From: Negativicutes bacterium
GTDB taxonomy: Bacteria > Bacillota > Negativicutes > UBA1444
Reading direction: 5' to 3'
NCBI GenBank assembly: GCA_963665275.2
Contig: CAXXIN010000018.1
Span: 256,001-320,000 of the forward strand
DNA: 64,000 nucleotides
Shown: piece after piece, positions 29,348 through 39,227 of the stretch
How positions within the stretch are numbered: position 1 is the first letter of the stretch
How the letters are laid out: each line of letters opens with the position of its first letter
Notes under the pieces: generated by a model
The model's database searches: none
Told to the model about the DNA's origin: nothing
Seen by the model: only the letters and a program-made list of their open reading frames with translations
Translations under genes and position numbers: made by a program

Positions 29348-29982
29348 GATATGAAGATCCCTCCTGCTATCATCAACATTCCGGTGTAGAAATAATAAAT
29401 GGACATCACGGCGGCGGCAAGTTTGCCGATAATTTTCAAAGACGGGATGCATTTACAGGCGCCCAGAAGCGGTATCGGCAGAAAAAACAGGGTGGTTCCC
29501 AGGAAAAAAGACAAAAAAAATAATAGGCTGTGCGCTAGAGTAGGGTTTTCACATGCTGCGGCAAAGGCCAACAGAAAAGGCGGGCACAGGTTAAGTCCAG
29601 TCAATAAGCCCATCACAAGAGGTACGAGCGCAGGATGGCGGAGAGCCATATGCGTGAGTCGGGCATGTAGCGATCTGCCAGCGCAGGGGGCGGCGGATTG
29701 CGAGAGTCCATACCAGAAGAGGAGCGAGGCGAGCAGGATGTAAATGAACCCCATGAGCACTTCGCGGCGGTCGGTCAGGGAACTGAGATAGTAGCCGGCC
29801 AGCCAAGCGAACACCGCGAATAGGAGATAGCCCAGCAAACGGCCCAGCAGAAATTGACTCAATGTCGAGGCGGTTTGGCGGATGGATTTTCCCTCTCCGA
29901 GCAGATAGGGAACCAACACAGGGGAACAGTAAGCCAGACAGGTTATGCCGGTGGATAGGCCGAGCAAAAATCCCTGCATCAT
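29344..29982 (-). CDS. DsbD_2/TauE-SafE-like membrane protein (cytochrome c biogenesis-type TM domain)
   Basis: GLSTGITCLAYC, GRLLGY, GLNLCPP, FFLGT. Confidence 0.8.
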   Translation of the reverse strand: MMQGFLLGLSTGITCLAYCSPVLVPYLLGEGKSIRQTASTLSQFLLGRLLGYLLFAVFAWLAGYYLSSLTDRREVLMGFIYILLASLLFWYGLSQSAAPCAGRSLHARLTHMALRHPALVPLVMGLLTGLNLCPPFLLAFAAACENPTLAHSLLFFLSFFLGTTLFFLPIPLLGACKCIPSLKIIGKLAAAVMSIYYFYTGMLMIAGGIFIS

Positions 29983-30401
29983 GATGGAACCTTGCGGGCC
30001 GCTTTTTGGGTAAGTGACGATTGTTTGCGTTTCAGCCCGGCATTGAGCTGATGAAAATAGCGAATGTTTAAATACATGGTGAGTAGGGCCAGCGGTTCCA
30101 CAACCGCCAAAGCTGTCAGTTGAGTGGTAAAGTCCAGTGAATAAGAGGTGGCTAGGGTCAGACCGCCGGCAATGAGAAGCATCAGGCAATAGAGAACCCA
30201 GCGGCTACTCTTGATGGCGCGATGCAAGAGCACGACGGAGAATTTGGTGATCGTGCCGATGACGACCCCGGTCAAAGCACCCCGCCACAATAGTGAAAAC
30301 AGTTGGATGTCCATTCCCCGATAATAGGTGATGGCAACGCCGACAAGCATCCCGATACAGGCATATATAAATGTGTTAATGAGAAAAATCAATACAGTCA
30401 T
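29979..30401 (-). CDS. Four-TM membrane protein adjacent to LytTR
   Basis: Hydrophobic helices with a basic C-terminal tail; stop overlaps the next start. Confidence 0.7.
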   Translation of the reverse strand: MTVLIFLINTFIYACIGMLVGVAITYYRGMDIQLFSLLWRGALTGVVIGTITKFSVVLLHRAIKSSRWVLYCLMLLIAGGLTLATSYSLDFTTQLTALAVVEPLALLTMYLNIRYFHQLNAGLKRKQSSLTQKAARKVPS

Positions 30402-30442
30402 CAGGTTCAGTCCTTTCTTTCGCTTGGTCTTGATTTAGGGGG

Positions 30443-30991
30443 TTACAGCTCCAGGAATTCCTTGAAGCCTTTCACGTAGTTTCGCGAGACTTCGATTTCT
30501 TGTCCGCCCTTTAGTTTCAGCAGCAAGCGTGACCCGAACCAGGGCGTGATTTCGGCTACATTCATGATGTTAACAATCAGGGACTTGCTGATTCGGACGA
30601 AGCCCTGCTCAAGCAAAGTGACTTCCAACTCATATATTTTGTTTTTGACCCGCAGTTTGCGTCCGGCTGTCAGGCAATACGCGTAATTGCCCTCGGCTTC
30701 AAAGTAGCTGATATCATCCAACGCAATAATTTCCCAGGTTTCCGAATCGGGTTGCCGGCCGACAATCAGAGTCTTGCCGTTGTCTGGCTTGCGGCCAAGA
30801 GTCGCCAACAAATCGGTCAGCTCTCCTAAGGACTGTGCATCAAAGACAATCGACAGGCCACGCGCGGGAAGCCCAAAGCCTCTTTCCAGCAAAGTCAGTG
30901 CAGCTTCGGGGTTGATTTGTAATCCGTTCGCTTCAAGCAGCGCGGCGATAACCTTTTGGAGCGAATCGGAACAGCGTAAGTTGAGTTGCAT
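30443..30991 (-). CDS. LytTR DNA-binding protein without a complete receiver domain
   Basis: DISYFEA, IYELE..L...GFVRISKSLIVN, VSRNYVK. Confidence 0.9.
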   Translation of the reverse strand: MQLNLRCSDSLQKVIAALLEANGLQINPEAALTLLERGFGLPARGLSIVFDAQSLGELTDLLATLGRKPDNGKTLIVGRQPDSETWEIIALDDISYFEAEGNYAYCLTAGRKLRVKNKIYELEVTLLEQGFVRISKSLIVNIMNVAEITPWFGSRLLLKLKGGQEIEVSRNYVKGFKEFLEL

Positions 30992-31036
30992 GATCTAAAA
31001 AAACACCGCCCATGGGTTCATTTTCTTTATGGTTTG

Positions 31037-31103
31037 ATTATAGCGGAATCTCAGAAGAAAAAAACAAATGTTGGGTAAGAGGATGAAATTTCATTGTAAC
31101 AGG
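31037..31103 (-). promoter_or_regulatory. LytTR-type promoter
   Basis: Minus-strand TATAAT at 31037-31042; direct repeats CCTGTTAC (31096-31103) and CCTCTTAC (31075-31082) with 21-bp period. Confidence 0.6.
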
Positions 31104-31159
31104 CTAATTCGAAAGTCATTGTAATAAAATAATCTCGGTACATTGGGAGGTGTTGAGGT

Positions 31160-31469
31160 TTGAATGAAATCAGAGTGAGGTTTGCGCCCAGTCCAACGGG
31201 CTATCTGCATATTGGCGGAGCGGCTCGTTCGTGAAGGAAAAGCCTATTGCTCACCGGAGGAATTGGACCAGGTAAGGGAAGGTCAACGCCAAGCCGGAGA
31301 GGCTTTTCGCTATAATCGAAAATGCAAGGAGATTGCCCCGGAAGTGGCGGATAAGCGAATCGCAGCGGGGGAAAAGGCCGTAGTCCGGCTAAAGATCCCG
31401 GCGACCGGAACCATTACGGTGACGGACTTAGCCATATTAAATTTGGGGGACATAGCGAATGGTTGGTAA
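31160..31469 (+). pseudogene. gltX: Glutamyl-tRNA synthetase relic with internal deletion and 3' truncation
   Basis: GGAGG RBS, MNEIRVRFAPSPTGYLHIGGA then jumps to ERLVREGKAY.CSPEEL...RYNRKC...VVRLKIP..G...VTDL. Confidence 0.85.
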
Positions 31470-31485
31470 AATAATCATGGATGTG

Positions 31486-31612
31486 GTGTGCCAGTTCGGT
31501 GCTGTGAATATAGCCGATGGGAATCCGGTTCGACAAGGTATAGCCAAGGATTGTTTTGTTCCAAGCAGGAAACAGACCGCGTAAGGGAGAAGTGCGTAAG
31601 CCTGAGAGCCTA
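31486..31612 (+). mobile_element. Possible degenerate group II intron 5' (domain I) fragment
   Basis: Starts with GTGTG (GUGYG consensus), then GCTGTGAATATAGC, AGCCGA..TCCGGTT hairpin and GGTATAGCCAA; resemblance from memory only. Confidence 0.35.
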
Positions 31613-31639
31613 TCTTAAATACAATGGTAGTAAAGGAGA

Positions 31640-32917
31640 TTGCAAATGTCACCCTATAATGTGAAGCAAGAAATTCGCACGACTTTCGCAAAACTGATGG
31701 ACATGGAGCAGATCAGAAACGGGATCGCTTTTATCGAAGCGGACCAGCCACGCTGTATAGAAGAGCAAAAAGTTATGGTAACTATTGAGGCCCCTACGTT
31801 TGCTGAAGAAAAAAGAGCGCAGTGCTACGCAGAACGTTTGAAAGATCTGGGACTGGATAATGTCCATATTGATAAGCAAGGAAATGTTATGGGGACGCGC
31901 CCAGGGAAAGGCAATGGCCCCAAAATCCTATTAGAGGCGCATTTGGATACAGTCTTTCCATTTGGTACCGATGTCACGCCAATCGAACGTGATGGGAAGA
32001 TCTTTGCGCCTGGAATCTGTGACGATACCCGGGGACTTACTGCTAATCTCTCCGTGATTCGGGCGCTGCAGGCATCAGGGATTGAAACACAGGGCGATAT
32101 TGTGTTTGCTGGCACTGTCAGGGAAGAAGGATTGGGTGGAATGTGGGGAATGAAGGCGATTTTGGCTGACAACCCAGATATCGCTGCGACCATTTCCATT
32201 GACGGTTCCGGCTGCGATACCATTATTTATCAGGGAACTGGCATTCGAAATTTTGAAGTGACCTATACAGGTCCAGGCGGGCATGCTTACAGCGCTTTTG
32301 GGACACCCAGCCCTTTGCATGCGGCAGCGAGAACCATTGCCAAACTGAGCGATATGCGACCACCCTCCACGCCCAAAACTACATTCACGGTAAGTTTGAT
32401 TGAAGGCGGACATGCCATTCACGCTATCGCCCAAAAAGCTGCATTTAAAATCAATTTGCGCTCCGATGATCCCGTTGAGCTTGACAAGCTGCAAGCGCGG
32501 GCTATTGCAATATTTGACGAAGGAGCTAGAGAGGAAAACGAGCGTTGGGGTTCATCGGTGATTACGGTAGAAGCCAAGATGATTCTGGATGTCCCGGCAG
32601 GACTGCAAGCCGATGACTGTGGTATTGTCCAAGCTGCGTGGCAGGCAACGGAGTGTTTGGGAATCACCCCCAGGCTTGTTCCGGGAGGATGCACCAATAC
32701 CAATATGCCGATCAGCATTGGAATACCGGCTGTGACACTCGGACGTGGCGGTAAGGAAGGTGGCGTGCACAGTTTGGGCGAATGGTTTGATCCGGAAGGA
32801 ACCTTTCGTTGCCCGCAAAAATCATTTTTGTTGCTACTGGCCCTTGCGGGCGTAGTTGGCGTTTCATCAGGACTTAATCTTCGCGAGAGTTCCCGCGAAT
32901 CCATTCAAGCGAACTGA
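31640..32917 (+). CDS. M20/M25/M40 metallopeptidase (paralog of 23837-25102)
   Basis: EAHLDTVFP, APGICDD, EEGLG, PKTTFTV, HSLGEWFDP. Confidence 0.9.
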   Translation: MQMSPYNVKQEIRTTFAKLMDMEQIRNGIAFIEADQPRCIEEQKVMVTIEAPTFAEEKRAQCYAERLKDLGLDNVHIDKQGNVMGTRPGKGNGPKILLEAHLDTVFPFGTDVTPIERDGKIFAPGICDDTRGLTANLSVIRALQASGIETQGDIVFAGTVREEGLGGMWGMKAILADNPDIAATISIDGSGCDTIIYQGTGIRNFEVTYTGPGGHAYSAFGTPSPLHAAARTIAKLSDMRPPSTPKTTFTVSLIEGGHAIHAIAQKAAFKINLRSDDPVELDKLQARAIAIFDEGAREENERWGSSVITVEAKMILDVPAGLQADDCGIVQAAWQATECLGITPRLVPGGCTNTNMPISIGIPAVTLGRGGKEGGVHSLGEWFDPEGTFRCPQKSFLLLLALAGVVGVSSGLNLRESSRESIQAN

Positions 32918-33148
32918 TCGTATGGGCAGATGCCTCGTGCGTTGAAGTCAGTGAAGGTGAGATTGGCTACGAAGAGAATATTGAGGAAGAGAAACAGCGC
33001 ATCCGTTGCGGCATGCAAAAAAACAAGACGAAATATCTCGGCATTGCTGGTGACCGCGTGGAGCAATCAGATTGCGGATTGTTTTTATTCTCGGTCGATT
33101 TATCAGTAGTGCGAAACAAGTCTGTGCGCCGCTCTTGGGGAAAAGTCG

Positions 33149-34039
33149 ATGAAGTTTTGGAAAGTTGGTGAAGTTATGATGCGGCGCGGATCGTTATTGT
33201 TTACTTGTTTAACTTTAGTGCTGTTGCTGTCAGTGCCGACTTTAGCCAATGCTTGCACCCTCTGGGCTGCTGCCGGAGAAAGGGTTGCAGGCGGTGGTAC
33301 GATGATTCACAAGAATAGGGACTGGGCGCCGGATCACCAACAGGAACTCCGGCTTGTAACTCCTAAAAGCGGATTTCGGTATTTGAGCCTGTACACGACA
33401 GGAAATGACTGGGTGGGGACCAAAGCGGGCGTTAACAGCGAAGGGCTAGTGATCGTTACGGCTTCAGCCCCCAGCTACCTGGATAAAAAAGTGCATTTCC
33501 AGGGCAGAACCAATACCGCAACATTGTTGTCAAGGTATGCCAGTGTGAATGAGGCGATGAAGGCTTTGGAAGCGGATGAATGGAAATGCGGGCCCGAGTT
33601 TATCATCATGGCCGACAAAACTGAAATAGCCAGCATTGAGTTTGGCATCGACGGACAATATTCGGTAGTATCCAGGGAATCAAACGGCGTATCATTTCAC
33701 ACGAATCACTATATCAGCGACACGCTGGCCGGGCTTAATCCAACCAAAATCAGCGCAAGCAGCACAACACGGTATGCCAAGATTGCCGATTTACTGCAAT
33801 CGAAGTATGCGCTGGATATGAACGACAGCCAGGCGTTCAGCAAAAACCCAACACTGTGGAGGGTCGGCGCAACACCGACATCCGTTAGAACTTTGTCGGC
33901 CTGGACCGTACGACATTACAGTGACGGGCATTCCAAACTTTTTTTGACAATTGCTAACCCTGGAAGTGCAGAAATGTCGTATGAAATCCCCTTGGCTGAT
34001 GCTTTTGCCGGGAAGTACGACGTATCGACGGTACGGTAA
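33149..34039 (+). CDS. Secreted Ntn-hydrolase (peptidase C45/acyltransferase family)
   Basis: Signal peptide ANA|CT exposing the N-terminal Cys; KNRDW, GVNSEGL, HTNHY. Confidence 0.82.
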   Translation: MKFWKVGEVMMRRGSLLFTCLTLVLLLSVPTLANACTLWAAAGERVAGGGTMIHKNRDWAPDHQQELRLVTPKSGFRYLSLYTTGNDWVGTKAGVNSEGLVIVTASAPSYLDKKVHFQGRTNTATLLSRYASVNEAMKALEADEWKCGPEFIIMADKTEIASIEFGIDGQYSVVSRESNGVSFHTNHYISDTLAGLNPTKISASSTTRYAKIADLLQSKYALDMNDSQAFSKNPTLWRVGATPTSVRTLSAWTVRHYSDGHSKLFLTIANPGSAEMSYEIPLADAFAGKYDVSTVR

Positions 34040-34066
34040 GTTATTCACTGTATCAAAGGAGAAAGC

Positions 34067-35287
34067 GTGATCAATGCAAGTGCACCGGAACGATTATGGA
34101 CTAAAGATTACGTCATCGTTATGATTGCGTCTTCTGGAATCAGCTTTTGCAATTACTTTTTCTTTTCCACTCTGCCGATTTATGCGCAAAATTTGAGCGG
34201 TAGCGCTGTTTATGCCGGATTGGTGACCGGGGTATATACACTGGCGGCGATGATCATTCGTCCATTTTCAGGTATTCTTTCCGATCAGTTTGGCCGAACC
34301 AAGCTGCTTATTCTGGGCGCATTCATTTGTTCTATCGCCTGCGCTTTGTATAGCTTCGCTTCCGGCTTGATCCTATTAATCGCCGTTCGAGCATTAAACG
34401 GTATTGGGTTCGGTATCCACTCCACTTGTGCTGGAGCCGTGGCTGCTGATGTAATTCCCAAAGCGCGGATGACAGAAGGCCTTGGCTACTTTGGACTTTA
34501 TGGCACAATCGCGGCGGCGGTGGCTCCGGGAATCGCTCTTCTGATTATCGGGAGCGGGGAGCTCTGGCGGTTTCAAGTGTTGTTCGTTCTAGCAACGATG
34601 GTTTCATTTACCAGTATGATTTTTGACTGTTTTATTACTTATGAACGCAACAGTGAGAATAAATTAAACGGCGGGTTCATCAGTGCAGAGCAAATTCGCG
34701 GTGATGATGAGCTTCTGCCGAAAACCTGGCTGGGATTTGAATATGCCGTTTTCGTGCCGGCCGCCATTGTAACTCTGCTGCATGTCGCGCTAAGCAGCGT
34801 GACTTCTTTTTTAACTCTTTTTGCATTGGAAAGGGGCTTGGGCAATGTTGGATTGTTTTTTACTTTCAACGCGGCGGGATTGTTTTTATCCAGGCTGCTT
34901 TGCGGGAAAGTTGTTGATAGGCGTGGAACGGATATTGTTGTAATTCCCGCTATCCTTGTGTTGGCTATCTGTTTGGCATTGGTTCCATTTGTCGATTCTC
35001 TGGTCGGCCTGTACATCGTTTCTGTACCACTGGGGTTGGCGCAAGGAGCGGTAGTTCCAGCTATTTACGCGTTAATGTTCAATCGGTGTTCCCCGAAGCG
35101 GCGGGGAACTGTTTCCGCAGCTTTCTCTTCCGCAATTGATATCGGTTATGGCTTTGGGTCCATCACCTTTGGATTCATTGCTGCGGGGTTCAATTATTAT
35201 TTTGTATATTGGGGTGCGATGCTTTCTACCATTTCTGCATTGGTCATTTACTGGAAGGGCCTTGCGACTTGGAAAATGATAAGCTGA
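34067..35287 (+). CDS. MFS transporter
   Basis: RLWTKDY, RPFSG.LSD.FGR, GKVVDRRG. Confidence 0.9.
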   Translation: MINASAPERLWTKDYVIVMIASSGISFCNYFFFSTLPIYAQNLSGSAVYAGLVTGVYTLAAMIIRPFSGILSDQFGRTKLLILGAFICSIACALYSFASGLILLIAVRALNGIGFGIHSTCAGAVAADVIPKARMTEGLGYFGLYGTIAAAVAPGIALLIIGSGELWRFQVLFVLATMVSFTSMIFDCFITYERNSENKLNGGFISAEQIRGDDELLPKTWLGFEYAVFVPAAIVTLLHVALSSVTSFLTLFALERGLGNVGLFFTFNAAGLFLSRLLCGKVVDRRGTDIVVIPAILVLAICLALVPFVDSLVGLYIVSVPLGLAQGAVVPAIYALMFNRCSPKRRGTVSAAFSSAIDIGYGFGSITFGFIAAGFNYYFVYWGAMLSTISALVIYWKGLATWKMIS

Positions 35288-35595
35288 TTACCCTCAATGA
35301 TAACAACCACTTCGTGATACGACGAGGCGACGCACATCATAGCAGCTTTTCGCCTGTTGTTCCTTGCAGTGCAATAAGCCGTTACCATCCTCATACAATA
35401 AAAGGGTTTTCCAATTTTATGCTGAATAATTATTTTAACTGAGGAGGTGTGCTATGGACAAGGGAATAAAATTTGCAGTTTTATTCAAACGTGCTTGTTC
35501 CCGGCCAAAATCTTCTCGAAGAAATCGGCGATGATCTGAAAAATGTTTATAGTTTGGTGAGATGAAAGCACAGCACCTCAAGCGGGAGCAGTTAG

Positions 35596-36672
35596 ATGAA
35601 CTACAAGACCATGATCGTCTATTACTTAACTGGAACAGGAAATTCGTACCGCGCCGCGTGTTGGATGATTGAGCAGGCAATGGTATGCGCCTTGAGCGCC
35701 AGAGCGATTGCTGCGGAAACGGCCCAACCGGAGAAGGAACTACAAGCAGGGCCAACGCATCTACTCGGGTTGGTATTTCCGGTTCACGGCTTTACCGCTC
35801 CGTGGCATGTCATTCGATTCGTACTAGCGTTGCCGCGGCAGGATGAAATGCATGCTTTCGTGGCTGTACCGCGTGGAGCGACGAAGATTGGCCGTTCGCG
35901 TGTGTTTCCCGGTCTGGAGGGAACGGCAGGTTATTTGGTCGCACTGATACTGGTGCTTAAAGGATATTCCGTCCGGGGTGTGACTGGCCTTGATATGCCG
36001 TCTAATTGGATGTCTCTGCACTCTTCGCTCAGTTCTGTCAATGTCGCGTTTGTCCTGGATAAGGCGAAGGCGCAAACTAGGCAACTTCTTGAAAAAATCT
36101 TGTCGGGTAAATTTTATTTCAATGGCATCTTTTGCCTGATGGTTGGTTTGGTACTGGCGCCGCTTTCAATACTCTACATGGCGCTGGGACGTTTCTGGCT
36201 GTCTAAGTTGTTCTTCGTTTCCAACGCCTGCACTGGGTGTGGTGTTTGCGTACAGAACTGCCCCATAGGCGCGGTCGTCATGCGTGGGAGCAAGAAACCC
36301 CGCCCTTATTGGAAATTCTCCTGCGAAAGCTGTATGCGATGTATGGGATATTGTCCGGAGAACGCTGTGGAGTCAGGCCATTCGCTGGGTGCGTTATTCT
36401 ATTTTGTGGCCACGATACCTGCTGCAACCTGGCTGTTCAATCAAGCGACAAGACTTCTACCAGGGACCGAATGGACACAGACGGACTGGACATGCGATGC
36501 AGTGCAGTATCTGTACATCTTATTTTCATTGTGGCTGAGTTATTACGTGTTTCACTGGCTGATAAAAATTCCTCTGATCAACTGGTTGTTTACCTGGACA
36601 ACACTGACTCATTCATATGACAGGTATCATGAACCGGGAACGAAAACAGGAAACTTCAAGAGTATGTACTGA
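35596..36672 (+). CDS. EFR1-family flavodoxin-ferredoxin fusion
   Basis: YYLTGTGNS, GLVFPVHGF, MPSNW, CTGCGVCVQNCP, CESCMRCMGYCP. Confidence 0.88.
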   Translation: MNYKTMIVYYLTGTGNSYRAACWMIEQAMVCALSARAIAAETAQPEKELQAGPTHLLGLVFPVHGFTAPWHVIRFVLALPRQDEMHAFVAVPRGATKIGRSRVFPGLEGTAGYLVALILVLKGYSVRGVTGLDMPSNWMSLHSSLSSVNVAFVLDKAKAQTRQLLEKILSGKFYFNGIFCLMVGLVLAPLSILYMALGRFWLSKLFFVSNACTGCGVCVQNCPIGAVVMRGSKKPRPYWKFSCESCMRCMGYCPENAVESGHSLGALFYFVATIPAATWLFNQATRLLPGTEWTQTDWTCDAVQYLYILFSLWLSYYVFHWLIKIPLINWLFTWTTLTHSYDRYHEPGTKTGNFKSMY

Positions 36673-36824
36673 ACCATTAAAAATGGACATTGAGAAAAAA
36701 GAACCTCCTGTCATAGTTATCCTACGACAGGAGGTTCTACCGCATGTACTGTTTTTTTGCGATTTTTGACGGGCAGCCGTATTCACAAAAAACAAATCAC
36801 AACAACCAACTAAGGGAGTAATGA

Positions 36825-37376
36825 ATGATGAAAGCGGAACAAGAAACGCAGATTACTTTGGCTTTGGCACAGCAATCTGATTTGCCGGATTTCAGAAGAA
36901 ATTTGCAAGAAGCCTTTGCCATTGCTGTAATTGAAACATTCGGCGATCACGATTATGGTGCGATCCCTTCAGATCGAGAGGTTCAAGAGTCTTTCGATGC
37001 GCCTGGAGCAGTAGTGTACCACCTTCTTCACGAGGACAAGAAAGTTGGCGGCGTCGTTTTGCGTATCGACAGCGAAACACACCGTAATTCACTTGATTTA
37101 TTTTTTGTTTCTCCAGAACAGCACAACCAAGGAATTGGAGTTGCCGCCTGGAATGCTGTTGAAGCACAGTACCCGGATACAGTGGCATGGGAAACCATAA
37201 CGCCTTATTTCGAAAAGCGGAACATCAATTTCTATGTGAATAAGTGCGGATTTCACATTGTTGAGTTTTTCAATCAACATCATTCTGCTCCACATATGCA
37301 TCGCCCTGAATTTGAAAATAACCTGCCCTTGCCGGAAGACGTGGGTTTTTTTCGCTTTGAAAAAATAATGAAATAA
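36825..37376 (+). CDS. GNAT family N-acetyltransferase
   Basis: LFFVSPEQHNQGIG, TPYFEKRNINFYVNKCGF. Confidence 0.88.
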   Translation: MMKAEQETQITLALAQQSDLPDFRRNLQEAFAIAVIETFGDHDYGAIPSDREVQESFDAPGAVVYHLLHEDKKVGGVVLRIDSETHRNSLDLFFVSPEQHNQGIGVAAWNAVEAQYPDTVAWETITPYFEKRNINFYVNKCGFHIVEFFNQHHSAPHMHRPEFENNLPLPEDVGFFRFEKIMK

Positions 37377-37390
37377 AGGAGGCAACGTCT

Positions 37391-37581
37391 ATGAATGAAG
37401 CGATCAAGGTCGAAATCGACAAAGCTGTACGCGCCATCAAACAGAGCATGCAACTGCAAAAAATCTATCTGTTTGCTTCTCATGCTGTTTATGCGTTGTT
37501 GCCTCGCTACATGGCATGAGGAAAATTGAGGCCCTGCGCAAAATGCGTAGAGCCATGATGAATGAAGTAAAGTGGCTTTGA
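37391..37581 (+). pseudogene. Minimal nucleotidyltransferase (MNT) relic lacking the catalytic DxD segment
   Basis: AAGGAGG RBS; KIYLFASHA then frameshifted LCVVA...RKIEALRKMRRAM; the expected G....SD.D segment is missing. Confidence 0.6.
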
Positions 37582-37597
37582 ATATACAGCGCTACGC

Positions 37598-38386
37598 TTA
37601 CGCGCGAACATGAGTGGCGCCTTCCCTGGCCGAGCTAACATGGCCAATTATCGTCGCGGTGTCAATTCCCTGCTTTTTCAACATTTCCACCAGTGCGTCG
37701 GCTTCGCTGGCAGGCAAACTGAAGAGCAATCCGCCGGAGGTCTGGGGATCATAGCAGATGTCGCGGACGTTCTCAGGCACAGCTGCATCAAAGGTTACTC
37801 GGGTCACATATTCCCGATTGGCGTATGCACCGGCAGGAACCAGTCCCAGCGTTGCGGCGTCGACCGCTTCCGGCAGAAGGGGAAGCGAAGGGCTATACAG
37901 TTCTATGCGAACATTGCTGGCCTTGGCCATTTCATAGGTGTGGCAGAGGAGTCCAAATCCGGTAATATCGGTACAAGCATGACTGGGAAACGCAACTGCC
38001 ACTTCGGCAGCTGTTTTGTTTAACAGCGTCATGCTATGGATGGCTGCAGTCACGCCGGTTGCGAACATTTCCGCTTTGGCGGCTGTGGACAGAATGCCTG
38101 TACCCAACGCTTTCGTCAAAATGAGCGTATCGCCTACCTTAGCTCCCGCATTCGCCCAAACCACTGATGGGTGAACGAGACCGGCGATACTGAGGCCATA
38201 CTTCGGTTCAGGGTTTTCTACGGTGTGCCCGCCGACAATAATAGCACCTGCCTCGGCTAATTTCGCATAACCGCCGCGAAGAATTTCCACCAATACTTCC
38301 GGGCCAAGAACGCAGATGTGGTAGCAGACAATATTCAACGCAGTCATGGGTTTGCCGCCTATGGCATAAATGTCGCTGAGGCTGAT
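37598..38386 (-). pseudogene. selD: Selenide,water dikinase, N-terminally truncated
   Basis: SLSDIYAIGGKP, GGHT...EPKYGL, LTKALGTG, ACTDITGFGL, DPQTSGGLL; N-terminal catalytic region absent. Confidence 0.85.
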
Positions 38387-38702
38387 CAGGCGGACGCAAT
38401 GGAGATAGAGTATAGCCAAAACTACTACACAGGAGCCTATGGGACGCCGGCACAGATTGCGCGCCGCGCAAAGCACTAGAACAAGGCGTCTAGAAAGCTC
38501 TTTACAAATAAACGCATAGATTATTGATGTTATTTGTTCGCCTGATGATCTCTATTTACAGCGCTCTTTTCATCGGCTATACTGATACCAAGATATACAA
38601 GCAACAAGGCGATGTAAATTGCCATAGATACAAAGAAGTATCAATTAACCGTGCCGGTGCGGATAGTTGATACTTCTTTGTATTATAATGAAGGAGTGAA
38701 TA

Positions 38703-39137
38703 ATGATGGTGGATATCACGAACAACGAGACTTATTTGGAACTGTTTCAAACCGATTTCCAATCGGCACAGGGGTACCATCGTCGGGCGGAAAAGTTTTC
38801 ACATTCAGGACGACCTTCCAATTTAGTGTTCAATATCGCATCCATGGCTCTCGAACGTTATTTGGTAGCTCTGTGCGATTTATATGGCATAGCGCCGGAA
38901 AACCATAATTATGCCTGTCTGATGGATGCTGCGGAAACAGTTTTTGACTTCACCTCTATAATGAATCAGGATATTCGATCATTGGATGACATTTTTGGAA
39001 TCTGTTCTCTCGAGGTCAATCCCCATGGAGATCCGAAGGCTTCGGATGCAACCAATATCCTTGCTCTGTGCGGGGAAGTGCAGAAAATTTTAGACACAGA
39101 TGAAAGAGCGGGTCAAGTGACCCAAAAGTCAGCATAA
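38703..39137 (+). CDS. HEPN-like domain protein
   Basis: All-helical, FNIASMALERYLVAL...P.NHN pattern. Confidence 0.55.
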   Translation: MMVDITNNETYLELFQTDFQSAQGYHRRAEKFSHSGRPSNLVFNIASMALERYLVALCDLYGIAPENHNYACLMDAAETVFDFTSIMNQDIRSLDDIFGICSLEVNPHGDPKASDATNILALCGEVQKILDTDERAGQVTQKSA

Positions 39138-39227
39138 TAGGTTGGCGTTATAATCGGCGCAGCGTTACCTTTTCCCGAGCGATACGTTTAATCAGATGAT
39201 TCTACAATAGATAAGGGGGTCCATTCT

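Noticed and set aside
31500-31560. Cobalamin riboswitch (GGGAATCCGGT)
   Set aside because: The B12-box and GCCACTG elements are not found and the downstream gene is unrelated
32920-33171. Open frame VEVSEGEIGYEENIEEEKQR... between the peptidases
   Set aside because: No start codon with RBS and no motif; cannot support a call
35454-35565. Small gene behind a strong GAGGAGG RBS
   Set aside because: Only 26 codons as read, or about 36 after a hypothetical repair, with no recognisable motif; probably debris
37598-38476. Selenocysteine-containing intact SelD
   Set aside because: Homology stops near 38386 and no SelD N-terminus with TGA is visible in any frame upstream
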